From Marsupella aquatica (lineage: Eukaryota; Plantae; Marchantiophyta), in contig OZ316895.1 in the NCBI GenBank assembly GCA_973895155.1, positions 3,211,659 to 3,275,658 on the forward strand: a stretch of 64,000 nucleotides of DNA, written 5' to 3'. The notes beneath the pieces were generated by a model that saw only the letters and a list, made by a program, of their open reading frames with translations, made no database searches and was not told the DNA's origin. Of this stretch, positions 1 to 14,500 are shown in pieces. Both the position numbers and the translations under genes were made by a program. How positions within the stretch are numbered: position 1 is the first letter of the stretch; every line of letters starts with the position of its first letter.

Positions 1-172
1 TGATTTGTTTTTGCAAAGAGGTGGTGATCCTTGGCCCAGCCGGCAAATGTTGTCAAGATCGTAGTATGTGAAGTGGGTGTGCGAAAATCGCTCTTGCACA
101 TCTGTTCTTCGAAATTGATGTGATTTGCTTTTGTAAAGAGGTGGTGATCCTTGGCCCAGCCGGCAAATGTTG
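1..172 (+). repeat. Two ~52-bp direct repeats 120 bp apart
   Basis: tgatttg.tttt.g.aaagaggtggtgatccttggcccagccggcaaatgttgt at 1 and 121. Confidence 0.8.
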
Positions 173-1184
173 TTACTGCGACCACCTCTGCCTTGTACCA
201 GCGTTTAAACGGTACGCAGCGCAACATGACTTCCGAGATGTCACTCACCACCCGCACGGAAAGAAGTACAGGAGATTTGAGACTACTTGAAGAGAAAGAC
301 TGGGATCAAGTTTTCCAGATGGACACGAGCAGCTATCACGCATTCGATAGCCCATCCCAAATGATACCCAGCCTTAGTAACCATATCTAATACCCAATTA
401 ACTCTTGTGCAAGCAATTGAGATCACCGTGGTTCAGACTACCATATGCATCGATCCTACCGCACCTTGAAGATTAGGGATGATAGGGATAGGGGGGGAGG
501 GCGAGAAAGTTAGACAAAGAGCGGCAGTGGACAAACGGATTGATATGGGAAAATAAAGGTTACATCTTTCAGGTTCGTTTGTAATAAAGATATGTAGAAG
601 TACATTTCATCGTGTCAAAATTTGTGTCACAATTCAAGTACACTGCACCGAGTAGCGACATCTTTCCGACATTCTGCTGAGAAACGACCTCATAGAGAAC
701 AGTAACGTAACGAGACCTCACAGTAAGACATCGAATTTTACGCAACACATGTGACGAGACGAAACTCAACCTTTCACTGCCTGGCTCCATAAGAAAGACA
801 TCCACAAAGCAACTATCCCTCTTCAAGCCAAATGTCAGATACAAAAATGTATATTTTTGTTTGTTGGTCTGTGTCACCGTATTACCATCCATCCTCACAT
901 CCATCTTCATTAAAGCCTTGCGATAAGCAAAAGGATAGCTTATCTTCAAACCGTGTGAGACTTAGCAAAAATTCAGCGATGCCAACACATGTACACTGCA
1001 CTATCAATGAACCTTTGCATCGGTGAAAGCTAGGTCTCTGCCATGAGCTAAAAAGTTGGATAAATTTTGCTATCTCCAAATGTGGATCCAAACTACAACT
1101 AATGGTGCACATCTGCAGTCAAGAAACCAGACTGTCCAGTGCAAGAAATAGCAGACTGCTTGAGTAAAAGTCTGACAAGCTTCA

Positions 1185-2670
<1,486 letters not shown>

Positions 2671-2786
2671 GATCGCCAACGGAGAAGGAAGGTCGATTGC
2701 CCGAGTGAAGCGAGGGCTCGCTAGCCCTAACAGAAGTGTCGTCCGCCCGTCCTTCAGCAGGGAGAAATCGCTCCCAAACACTCAGC

Positions 2787-2834
2787 GAAAAGAAAGAGAA
2801 AGCGCATCGAGAGGTTTCTTGTGCTCTAGGGTTT
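2787..2834 (-). promoter_or_regulatory. RPL19 promoter/TSS: telo-box and pyrimidine tract (5'TOP-like)
   Basis: AAACCCTAG telo-box at 2834-2826 and CTTTCTCTTTCTTTTC at 2802-2787, about 120-160 nt upstream of the ATG; both motifs are typical of plant ribosomal-protein genes. Confidence 0.5.
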
Positions 2835-3007
2835 CTCGTGGTCGCTACAGTACTCTCCCTCGGGCCTGGATCCTAGCGACCCCATCGACGGCTGAGATCA
2901 GGCAACTGCCTCTCTCGTATTTCCAGGGTTTGGCTCAAAATCGAGTTTAATTTTCTTTTCCTTGTGTATTAGAGCAACTCAACCAGTTTCACTTGAAGGC
3001 CACATGG

Positions 3008-3625
3008 ACCACATCTCCCAAATTTTGAGCTTAATGGTAATAACTTGATGTTGGTAAATCCAAATATTTTTTGGTTTTAGGGATATACTAGAGGAATAGT
3101 TAAGCTACACTTCCATTAGAGATTTTGGCCATTAATTTGGTTGAGTTTTTCATCTAAAAATATGGAGGGGTGAGTTTCATTAGATTAATTTTCTATGTTA
3201 ACATGACATATTCCACATCTCCCAAAATTTGATTAATGGTAATAACTTGATATTGGAAACTTCAAATATTTCTGGTTTTAGGGATATACCAGAGGAATAG
3301 GTAAGCTACACTTCCATCAGGGCATTTTTGGCATTTTTGGCCATTTTGGTTGAGTTTTTCATCTAAAAATATGGAGGGGTAAGGTTCATCCCCAGGTTCA
3401 TCAGATTACATTTCATTATGTTAACATGACATATTCCACATCTCCCAAAATTTTATTAATGGTAATAACTTAATATTGGTAGATTCAGATATTTTCTGGT
3501 TGTAGGGATATACTAGAGGAATAGATAAGCTACACTTTCCATCAGGGAATTTTTGGCCATTTTGGTTGAGTTTTTCATCTGAAAATATGGAAGGGTAAGT
3601 TTCATTATTTTAATTTTCATTATGT
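3008..3625. repeat. Tandem repeat, 3 diverged copies of a ~205-225-bp AT-rich unit
   Basis: ccacatctcccaaa...ttaatggtaataactt...agggatata..agaggaatag.taagctacactt recurs from ~3008, ~3213 and ~3436. Confidence 0.85.
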
Positions 3626-5567
3626 TAGCAGACATATTTGGGCTTGGGTTTTTTCATTCCTCCTCTTCTCTAGCTGCCTTGCATATGCAAAACAAAAAAT
3701 TATTTTAGGACTCATTTCATGAAGCTGTGGGCCCCAAACTCCCATGGACCACCAAAATGTGTTCCACGGGAGCACTACATCCAACATGGTGGTCCATCCC
3801 GGCCTCAGTTTCCCACCAGCTTCTTTATGCTATCCATCCAAAACCTAGTGGTGACATGCACGCATTATTATAGTTTCATATGGCATGAGGCTAGTTTAGT
3901 TAAGTGCATATATGGCACGCACTGGGTTCACTAAAGGGCAAGCGCACTGGTGACTGGAAATTTTCTCCTCAAATGGGCACCTTTGTATAAACCTTCCAAA
4001 ACCCAGTTATGAATCTGGTAAGAATACAAGGCAATATATTGTCTCTCAAATCCAAACTCAGTAACCAAAATCCTCAGAGAGGAGAATAATTATGCAATAA
4101 TTTCCTGTACTTGAGTGGGCTTGCCCTTTTGGCTTGATGTTACTGGATTTGGCAAATATAGCATTATAGTAAGCAAACCCAGTAACCAGGCTCTTTAAGC
4201 TATTTGTAAATGATCAAACAGGAGGTAAGTAGGCCAGGTAGACTATAAAAGCCACAGTGAGATAGCTTTTCAATTATTGAGCCTTGTGAGCTGCACTACT
4301 TGGATACGAAATAGATGGTGAAACTCCTTAGTGTTCCTCTTGAAGTGCAAATGGGTAAGTCACAATGAGTTTTGTAACACTAGGGCCCACCATCATCTCT
4401 AGAGCAAAGTTTTTTGCCACCTCTCATTCACAGCCTTAACACATTGACCTTCTCCGTTTTGCGGTCACTCTCATTTTGCTGAAACAGGTTGTTTGTCTTC
4501 AATCCAAGGCTTCTCTTTTATGGAAAACGCTATTTTGTTGGAGAGTTTGGCTTGTCACAACCCACATAAACCATGTCACTAGTTTGCATAGTTTATGTGG
4601 GTAACCTGCCAAACACAAGATACCACTTGTGTATGTGTCTTCAATGGTGGAGAGGTATAATTTGGAGGAAGGGAGAATCTCTCTTCCTTCCCCTAAATTG
4701 AGTCTCCTAACACTGGTAGAACTTTGTAGTTCCAGAGAGCTCATGTCTAGAGTGTATGCCCATTGGCATGTCAGCAATAACTAGATTGAAGAGGGTTTGC
4801 TGTGTGTGTAGGCCCGGGTTCCCGCATGGTAGTGGGGGGACTTAGCTCGACTAAGTAACAATAGTGATGAGGTTTTATCACTATTTTTGTAGTGGATCAC
4901 CTGTGTAATAATCTTTGCAAATGTACTTGAGTCCAATATATATTGCTGGTTTGCATGGTGTGCAATGATGTAAGTTGTACATAGAACTCAAAAATACACC
5001 CACAAAATTAGGCATGTAAAGTTTTCCATTGTATGTTCTTGGGAGGTTATGACCTCACGGGTGCACTTTCATGAAAATGGCATTTCATGTGCAACAAAGC
5101 ATAGGGAATACTTTGGAATTTTGTTGAAGAACATTAGGGTTTTATAAATCCAATTTTGAGACCTCTTAAGGAAAAATGAGGTTTTTGTTTTAATCAGTTA
5201 AGAATATTCCAAATGAATGGGGGTAAAACTATTCAGAAAAAGTCTTTTTTCTTAACTATTAGGGTGTACCTGACCTAAAAATGTCACAGGTGATGTTGGG
5301 GTGGGGGGAGCGCTCCATATAGGACCCTTAGAATCCTCACCTGCAATGAGAAAACCTTCGCTAGAGCACCGGATTGCTTCCAGGGACGTCTTGTCTTCTT
5401 CTGCTCCATGATCTGCCCAGTAGATCCTTTGCGTAAATGAATGGCAGCCGAAACTCTTTGCAAAGATAAACCGACACTTCTCTTGTCCTATGCAAGCGAA
5501 ACAAAGAAGTTGCACTACACAAACTGAAGTGAAAAACGCATCAGAAAAAAAACATCGCAAGTCTCAT

Positions 5568-5788
5568 CTTCCTCGTCCGTCCTTCAAGTGACGGTCTCCT
5601 TACAATGTAAAGCCCTTACCATGACCGTAACGTAAAACCGCTTCCTCGTCCTTCCTACAAGCGACTCTCGCCTTACACTGTAAGGACCTTACATGACGTA
5701 ACTTAAAATTGCTTCCTCGTCCTTCCTTCAAGCGACGGTCGCCTTACACAGTAAGGCCCTTATTACCATGACCGTAACTTAAAACCGC
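5568..5788. repeat. Tandem repeat, 3 copies of a ~72-bp unit
   Basis: cttcctcgtcc...cttaca..gtaa.g.cctta...catgac.gtaac.taaaa at 5568, 5641 and 5712. Confidence 0.85.
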
Positions 5789-7646
5789 GTTGGCGTCTAC
5801 CGCTGGGAAATAGAAACACCGACCCTGTAGTCACATAGCCAGGGCGGTATACGGCACGCTAAATGTGCAAGAGCGTTATACGGGACGCTAAGTGGGGCGG
5901 TAGTCTTGGCGAGCATTTTATGCAGTGGTTTTATTGGGGGAGCGGGACACGACACACTTCATTCTTGATTGCGGAGTGTATCCGGCTCATGAGCGGCCGT
6001 GCGAAGATTTTGCGAGAGGTGAGATGGGATCCAGTCTGACAAACGCGACGGGAATTGTGCTGGAATTATTTTGGATGAACGATGGATTATTGGATGAACG
6101 ATTATCGAAGCAAAGATTTCCGATTCTGTGGCGCAATTTGTTAAGTGACCTTGCCTATCGTTTGGATGCCTGGCTGAAGTACGTGATTGAGTACTTCCAT
6201 GGAGACTTGTTGCTGATAAAATCGCAGCATCAAGACCTATGTGAAAGATTCGTTAGGTTTTGTGGATTTACAAAATGCTTGAATGTGCTTCTTTCCTGAA
6301 GAGTAAATAATGTGTTTGTCACAATGTGTTCACTCGTTTGAATCAGAAATGCTGGGAGCCAGCTGCAAAGCCTAGTCAGCACGGTCTACAAGACTGAGCG
6401 TCAAGCAAGGTGTGAGTTCCACATATCTGCCTCCCGTTGCCTATCCTTTGTTTATTGTTGAGTTTCTACAAACCACCATTCAGATGAATTTTCCGAGATT
6501 AATCTAGAATTGAACATAGATTTTATTCAGATGTATCCAATTCAGCTGCAGGTCAATATTGGGTTCATTTACTTGGATGCTTGTTTCAACAGTCCATCAC
6601 CAGATCACAGCATATAGTGAATGTTTTCTTTGCGAGTAACATGATGCAGGTCTTGTGGATGATTTGAGGGAGCTTCCCGGTCGACAAGCCTTGAAGTTGC
6701 GTGCTGATGTGTGTAAGTTTTTGTTCAGACAAAAGTGCATAAAGGGGACTGTTGCCTTCCATGTAGCACAAGCAATTTGTGTATCAGGTCTGCTGGCATC
6801 AGTTCGTGTTTGAATCCTGAGTCCTGAACTGTGATAATAGGTAATGAATTGTAACACATTTGTACTTACTAATTTAGCAAGACTAATAGTCATTCAGGAA
6901 CTGAAGTAGGTTTATCTCGTTTTGTGATCATATATCGAGGGCTGAACTTGCATAGTAAAGGCATGCAGCTGTGTGATGGGCTAAAGAATTTTGTTCATTT
7001 CCACACTATCACAGTCACGACACTGCGACTGTGCTGAGTAATAACTGCGACTTTGCTGAGTAATGAATTACCTAAGAACGGATGAGGATGCCGCTAATAT
7101 ACTGTCGCTGTTAAAAGCAGGCTGCTCTGAAGATGTGCTTGAGCTGTTCAAATAGTTTTAGGTGTGCAAAGTTTTAGGTGTGCAGAGATAAAAGTAAACT
7201 TAAAGCAGCAGCGTTCGTAACCTCATTCGAAAAATTTGATCGTTGACCCAAAATCCCGTCAGTTCCTTGATATAGACTATGCTGCAAGAATTTCATCGCC
7301 AAATTTGCCAAGTAGCGTTTGGAATGCTCAGTGAGCCAACTCTTTGTAGAATCCTTGATTCAGAGTTGTGACCTCAGTCGCACTTTGATATTCTGCCTCA
7401 ACCCAAGCTTTCAAATTATCAGGTTAAGCGAAAGCGGCTGAGCACTCGAAATTTCAACTTGGTACTGTACAATGAAACCTATTCTAATTTGGACGTGTCC
7501 TCCTCCTGTTTTGTCTCAGGGAATTTTCCAACCATTATCTGGTGATCAGGGATATTCACCAAGAAAATATGGTGAGCGATTGAGGGGGACCGCAGTTTGG
7601 CTTCTATTGTGAGGCGTTCCTTCACTCTAATCAGCCGACCGACGAG

Positions 7647-8305
7647 ATGGAATTCTGTCCAAGTTGTGCTAACCTACTTCTAGTGGAGCATGCGTCACTT
7701 GGTCGCCTTCTCCGATTCTTTTGCCCCACGTGCCCATATGTTTACTCCATCGAGCGCAAGGTTTTCCAGCCTTAGGCCCTACTATTTCGATCTTGGAAGA
7801 GAATGTGCTTTGACTGAGAGAAATCCCTCCTCAGTGACTGGGCCTTCGAAGGATTTTGAAACTGTGGAATGTCGTTGACTGGCAGATCAGTAAGAAGCTG
7901 CCGCTTAAACAGAAAGAGGTCGATGATGTCCTTGGAGGGGAAGATGCATGGAAAAATGTGGATCGAACTGAGGGTACTTGCTTCACTGTCCTGTAAAAAT
8001 TAATTGTTAGAAGATTTTTTGGAGGCTTCGTACACACAAACTAGTTTGCTGACACGCTTTGCGAGTGGAAAGGTGCAATTCCTTGGAGGCAAATGATCCA
8101 AAGTAAGATTAGAGCTCAGGAGTAGAATGTTGAACTATACAGTATGTACTTATTCAGCTACTGTGCCATTGCAGTGACATGTCCACAGTGCTCCTACAAT
8201 CAGGCCTACTTCATGCAGATCCAAATTCGTTCTGCGGACGAGCCTATGTCAACTTTCTACAAGTGTTGCAACAATACCTGCAGTTTTAGATGGAGAGATG
8301 GGTAG
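7647..8305 (+). CDS. RPC11: DNA-directed RNA polymerase III subunit C11 (RPC11/POLR3K), 3 exons, 110 aa
   Basis: Exons 7647-7760, 7886-7973, 8175-8305 (333 nt). N-terminal Zn ribbon MEFCPSCANLL...CPTCPY, then KEVDDVLGGEDAWKNVDRTE and the TFIIS-like ribbon CPQC...YFMQIQIRSADEPMSTFYKCC...WRDG*. None of it appears in the ORF track. Confidence 0.96.
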
Positions 8306-8919
8306 GATTACAATACAAAAGGCGTTCACGAGGAATCATGCTGGTCGTCTTTCCATGTGTACCTCCAGAAAGTGTTTTACCTCCAGAAAGACTATCTCTA
8401 GTGAAACTGTGAACAGGAATGGGGATGTGAATCTCTCAATCCTCTCAGGCAGAGTCTTGCTGAAGGACCTGTACATCATAATTGTTGAAGCACTACGCTT
8501 ATCGTCTTGATGTTGGTCGCTGAGGCATACAGAGAAGTCACTAGGACTGCCGTGTTTAGATTTACCGGAGCTTCTATGACAGTTGCCACAATTACAAGAA
8601 CAATTGATACCATGCACTTCAATTTTACACGCAGTCGGTGGATTGCGTGGAACATTTCTATGGTCCTCATGAACACCCGAGTGGTCCTCATGAACACCCG
8701 TTGTTTAGCAGGACACTACTCTATGTTGACAGGGGGTACTTTTGTAGACAATGCCCATGGCCCAACTTGGCTAGCTTGTCTTGAAGCCTTGGGATGAGTT
8801 TGGCCCGGACTCTAGCAACCCTCTCTACAACTCAACCAAGATTCCAAGGACTAGATACTTGGACCTCAAGACCCATGCCTACTTTGCAATGTCTACCCGA
8901 CATAAGTTACCCTGGAAAC

Positions 8920-9263
8920 TAAATAGGGCTTGGTTGCTCTTTTGACAGGATTGGCAAACGAAAAAGATAACCCTTGTAAACCATGAGTACCAAAAGCACC
9001 CTTAGACTCAACTGAGATTATAAACAGGGCTTGGTTGCTCTTTTGACAGGATTGGCAAACTAAATAGGGCTTGGTTGCTCTTTTGACAGGATTGGCAAAC
9101 GAAAAAGATAACCCTTGTAAACCATGAGTACCAAAAGCACCCTTAGACTCAACTGAGATTATAAACAGGGCTTGGTTGCTCTTTTGACAGGATTGGCAAA
9201 CGAAAAAGATAACCCTTGTAAACCATGAGTACCAAAAGCACCCTTAGACTCAACTGAGATTAT
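8920..9263. repeat. Near-perfect tandem repeat: three ~101-bp units plus one ~40-bp partial unit
   Basis: agggcttggttgctcttttgacaggattggcaaac occurs 4 times; gaaaaagataacccttgtaaaccatgagtaccaaaagcacccttagactcaactgagattat occurs 3 times. Confidence 0.92.
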
Positions 9264-9650
9264 GAGAATATAACATTCCTCGAGAGCTTTTAAACATCCA
9301 CGAAGTTCTCCAAATGACATTTCGTTGAGAAGATATTGTAGTTTCCTTTCAGTGTTTTATCTTTAAAGCATGACCATTGCGTTTCACGAGCCTTGGCCCA
9401 CTAGGAGACACCGTTCCCCTCATGTGTTTTTGGAGACTTGTCACCCCCGGACTAACTTTGGTCTCCTACTTTCGATCCTCTACCTGGACTCCAACCCGAT
9501 CAATTGGACATGAAAGTAACTTGCTAGACTCATAACTTTCTAGTTAGATGTTTGGAGGTGAAATGTCTTCGTCTATTGACGTGGTGCTCATGTTTGGGCA
9601 CTCGGAACTCATTGTGAATTGGGGGTCCCAGATAGCTACACCCGAGCCGT

Positions 9651-9995
9651 TGTTAGGATTTACTCTTAGGTCTAGAGTTACGACTGTACCGTAGTTAAGG
9701 CTAACCTTAGTTGCAGACTTGGTTAGGTTAGTCATGTTGTGCACACTCTATAACCAAGCAATGTTTGCTTGGAGAGGTGGAACTCAGGCTCATTGTTACA
9801 GAGCTAGTTGAGAGATAGAGAGAGCTTGCGCTGTGGATGCTTGGTATGGCCGGTCGGCCTAGAGTGCAGTAAAGCTCATGTGTGTTCCCGTGGACGTAGC
9901 CTCATGTGGAGGTGAACCACGTATCTCTCTGTATCGACTCTTGTGCGTTGGATGGTTCATGGGCTTGCCGTTGCGATTGTCGTCTATGCTCAACA
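9651..9995 (+). repeat. 5' LTR (345 bp)
   Basis: Starts TGTTAG, ends CAACA; matches the 3' LTR except for 8 substitutions and a 6-bp indel; TATAA at 9749-9753. Confidence 0.97.
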
Positions 9996-9997
9996 AT

Positions 9998-10009
9998 TGG
10001 TATCAGAGC
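9998..10009 (+). other. Primer binding site complementary to initiator tRNA-Met
   Basis: TGGTATCAGAGC, 2 nt after the 5' LTR. Confidence 0.95.
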
Positions 10010-11522
10010 ATGCCTGGGAGGTGACGAGGTTTTTTGTGACGGTTTTCCAGCGTTCATTGTTGGTGTTGCACTCGGGGTTTCATCGCATGAAACTCGAATG
10101 TGTGTGGCTGAGCGAATAGGTTAGTGAGAGAGCTTTCTAACGGTGGTTAGAACTCGCTGATCGGTATCCGTGGTGCGGAGGAATTGAAGTTTGCGTCGTT
10201 CAAGGTTTATTCGTGTTCGACGGGATTTCGGGGGAGAGACCAGAGATTGTTTTTTCAACGGTGTGAGCTGTGTGGTGCGGGAGGCATCGCATGTTATAGC
10301 TCAAGTTGAAGGTTGAAGCAAGCTGGTCGTTTTGGTACCTGGTTTGCTGGCGTTTGTGGAGCGAGTGCGTCGTGACGAGTGAAAGTTGAGTTCTGGTTTT
10401 TTGACAAGCTATGGTGCTTGTTTTTCCCTGAACCAAATTACTTGTCGTGACGCTTGACTCGGAGGAAGAAACACGAAGTGTTGAGGCTCAACGGAGAGAT
10501 CGTGGTGAGGCGATCATTTTGAGTCCGGGATTGGCCCTTGACGCGGAGAGAGTAAGACACGGCGGAGGTTTTCTCTTCTCTGGTGGAGCTGTAGACGTGC
10601 CGGTGCAATTCGGCAACATTTTCATGTCGACGGTCATCACTTTTCTCATTGGAAACCGAAGCTGAGGTTTGTAACACGGCCTTTGTGTCATTTTTTGGCA
10701 CATTTTAAGGTTAGTTTAGGGCATTTTTTTGCCCCCATATGGTCTATATACCTTCAAATCCCAACAAACCTACTTCGCCATATGCCCCGGCGCGCGCCCC
10801 GACCTCCCGCACCCTTTTAAGTGCAAAAATGTGCTTTTTTTGGTGAAAATACGGCCCAAAACGCCCTTATACGACCCGAATACGCAAAAATACATGCATT
10901 TTGACCCCTTTAAACCCATTTTTTCATGATTTTTTGCACTTTATATGCGATTCTGGTCGCAAATACGCGCGCATGGCCGTGAGTACGTGCGCCTTTTCCA
11001 AGAGCTTTAAGACCCCTTTAAAGTGTTTTTTCTGAATTTTTTTCTCTCCTCCTCCTCATTGGTTGTGCCGCATCCCGGGCCCTGTGACCCTCCGTTTTAA
11101 CCGCTTAGACAGGGGGAACGGCCCCCTGTGAGACTTGTCGGACTATGCGGGAATATTCCCAAAAAACAAAGAGCTGTTTTTTGGCCGTCCGACAAAGATT
11201 CCATCCGCCGAACGGTAACTTTTTTGGTTCTTTTTCGGCGAGGTCGTAGCCATTGAAGTTGGCAACGCGGCGCACCAATCACATCGCAATTCCGACGACG
11301 GGTTGTACTTGGTATTTCGGTTATTCCTTGAGATGGTCAAAACGGGGGAGTTTCCCAAGGTTTTACCCACCTCGACCGAAATTTGAATAACTTTTCTGTC
11401 AAATTTTGATTTTGATTTCGGTTTTCAGTATTGGACTCCTAGCTTTGTGGGCTACGCGGCGGTGTTGAGTTTTGAGTTTTTTGAGAAGTTGTGAAAAACA
11501 ACATTTTTTGTGATTTTCTCAT

Positions 11523-14500
11523 ATGAGTGATTCGGAGGAGTTTTTCAAAGACGTGGAACTTGAAGCACAAGGATCACCGCGGCGGTTTGAGGGGCAGAGA
11601 GAGGAGCAGGAGGAAGAGCACGTGACACCGATACCATCACCGGTGCGGCGTGTGGTGGAGGAAGTAGTACTACTACCGGAGCTCACGGTAGTGCCAAAGA
11701 AGAAGATGGGGACTTTCAAGCTTGGGGGACCCAAGTATGAAGTGACAAAGTATGATGGGTGCTCTGACTACTTGCTATGGGAGAAGCAGGTGAAGGAAGT
11801 GTTGTCAGGGATGGACCAACTGCTGAGCCCTCGTGAAGACGATGTTGATGAGAAACAATGGGACCGTATGCAGGAGCAGGGAGTGTGGTGTGTTACACTC
11901 TATCTCATGCCTCCCATCATCAAGCAGTTGGGTGCACATAAGGATTGCATGTCTTTGTTTGCGGAATTGTAGAGCAAGTATCACCGCAAGGAGTTGTCGA
12001 ACCGGCTCTATACTTCCTACAAACTGATGAGTTTCAGGATGAAGGAATCCGGTATGAAGTTGCAAGACCATGTGGATGCTTTCAACGACATGGTCGTTGA
12101 CTTGGAAAACCTTGGGGAGACTTTGAATGATGAGACGAAGGTTCTGCAGCTTCTCAGTTCATTGCCTCCATCTTACCAGTCCCTATCACGAGTGTTGTTG
12201 CATGGTGATAGGGATACCATTTCATACAATGACGTGGTAAGTTCTCTGCTTAGTGATGATCTTCAGCAGAAGATGCACATCACATCACAGCCTTCATCAT
12301 CTGGTGCTGTCCTCAATGTTAACTGTGGGAGGAGTATGCAACGACCAACTGGGGACCGTAGAACCCAGTTTAGATCTAAATCCAGATCTAAGTCCAGGGG
12401 TAAATTCCCTCGGAGGAGGCAGGTGACATGTTGGAAGTGCAACCAAGTTGGACACTTCAAGCGAGACTATAAGGGAAAGGCAGCGGAAACTTCATCGGTA
12501 AATGTGACTAGGGCTGATGGAGAAGTTGATTTACTCAATGATGAGTATGTTTTATGAAGCCGGGGGTATGCCCTGTGCATGTCATCTAGGAGAGCAGATG
12601 ATGTGTGGATTCTTGATTGTGCTTGCTCTTTTCATATTTGTTACATTCGTGAGTTTTTCAGTTCTTACTCTGTTTCAAACGGTTCAGTTCTGATGGGAAA
12701 TGATCACTCCTGTCAAATTGAGGGAATTGGGTCTGTGAAGATTCAAATGTTTGATGACGTTGTGCGCACAGTGTCCGGAGTCAGGTATGTACTTGGCATG
12801 CGTAAGAATCTGATTTCACTCGGTGTGTTGGATTCAAATGGTCATCAATGGAGCGTTATTGATGGTAAACTTCAAGTCAGGTCGGGAGAGACAGTGATTT
12901 TGAAGGGGAGCAGACAGAAAAATTCATATGTGTTACAGGGCAATACTGTATGTGAAGAGGCCAATATAACCAAGTCTCACAAGGAGATGACTCAACTATG
13001 GCATTCACGGCTAGGCCACATGAGTGAGAAGGGTTTGGCTATCTTACGGAAGAATGAACTCATTTCTGATTTGCAATCTTGTAAATTAGAGTTCTGTGAG
13101 CATTGCATTCTTGGAAAGCAGCATCGTCGTGCTTTCGGTGTTGGAACTCATCATTCCAAAGCGGTTCTTGGGTACATACATAGTGACGTGTGGGATCCAT
13201 CCCCAACTCCCTCACACTCTGGAAAGTTGTACTATGTATCATTTATTGACGATTACTCAAAATTTGTGTGTATTTATTTCATGACGCATAAGTCTGATGT
13301 CTTGTCCATTTTTAAGAAGTGGAAGGCCCAGGTGGAGAATCAGACTGGAAACACGGTCAAGTGTTTGGATACAAGGGTGAAGAGTCTGAGGTCAGACAAC
13401 GGCGGGGAGTACACTTCAGTGGAATTTGAAGAATACTGTTCAAAATAGGGGATAACTCACCATCTCACCACAGTTTATACTCCGCAGCAGAATGGTGTCG
13501 CTGAGAGGCTCAATCGGACACTGTTGGAGTGGTCACGGAGTATGTTGAGCCAATCAGGTTTACCACAAGAATTTTGGGCAGAAGTTGTCAATATCGTAGC
13601 TTATTTGGTAAATCTTTCTCTTTCTAGTGCTATCAATTTCAAAACCCCGTTTGAGATGCGCTATAAGCGGCAAGCAGACTATCATGGCTTGGTAGTTTTT
13701 GAAAGTGATGCATATGCTCTCACATCGAAGCATAATAGGACCAAGTTGGATCCTACCTCCAAGAAATGTGATTTTCTTGGGTACTAGAGTGGTGTGAAAG
13801 CCTATAGGCTATGGGATCCTATTGCCTATAAGCTCATTGTCAGTAGGGATGTTTCCTTCAATGAATCCAGATTATTGAAGGAGGGGGAGAATACTCAGGT
13901 CTCCCGTACTGACAAAGGAAAATCTCTTATCCCGGATCTCATTGAGAGGGAGATTGGTCATGAGGTGCATGACCGGAGAGAAGGAGTTGCTCCAATTATG
14001 GAGTTGGTTCCTGTGCCAGAGGAACCATAGGAGTTTGTTGATGTTGGTGAGCAGCAAGTGGATGCTGCTGAGCTTCAAATTGTACCAGCACACGCAGATC
14101 AACCGGAGTCATCGGCTAGAAGAGCATCTGGTCGCACTGTACGCACTCCACCAAGGTATGGACAGTGGGTTGATTCATCTCAATTGCAAGAGGAGGACTT
14201 TGCAGCTGATGATGAGGGTGACGTGTTGATTTTGGAAGAAGGGGAACCTTCTTCATTTCATGAAGCAAGTGCTTCAAAGGAGAAGCAGGAGTGGGCTATA
14301 GCAATGCAAATGGAAATGCAGTCACTGAAGGACAACAAAACTTGGGAGCTTGTCAAGCTGCCTGAGGGACAGCAAATGGTGGACAACAAGTGGTGGACAA
14401 CAAGTGGTGGACAACAAGTGGTGGACAGCAAGTGGATATACAAGCTAAAGGATCAATCCACAGGAGGTGGATCAAAGGTCTACAAAGCTAGGGTGGTAGC

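Noticed and set aside
5925-6299. 124-aa ORF upstream of RPC11
   Set aside because: GTG start, no recognisable motif, and it crosses a donor-like GTGAG; probably leader and intron sequence.
7020-7130. 22-bp tandem pair and a GATGA...CTGA stretch suggesting a C/D snoRNA
   Set aside because: No canonical RTGATGA box with a terminal stem and no rRNA-complementary guide that I could recognise.
8920-9263. Repeat-spacer appearance resembling CRISPR
   Set aside because: The would-be spacers are identical, there are no cas genes and the context is eukaryotic.
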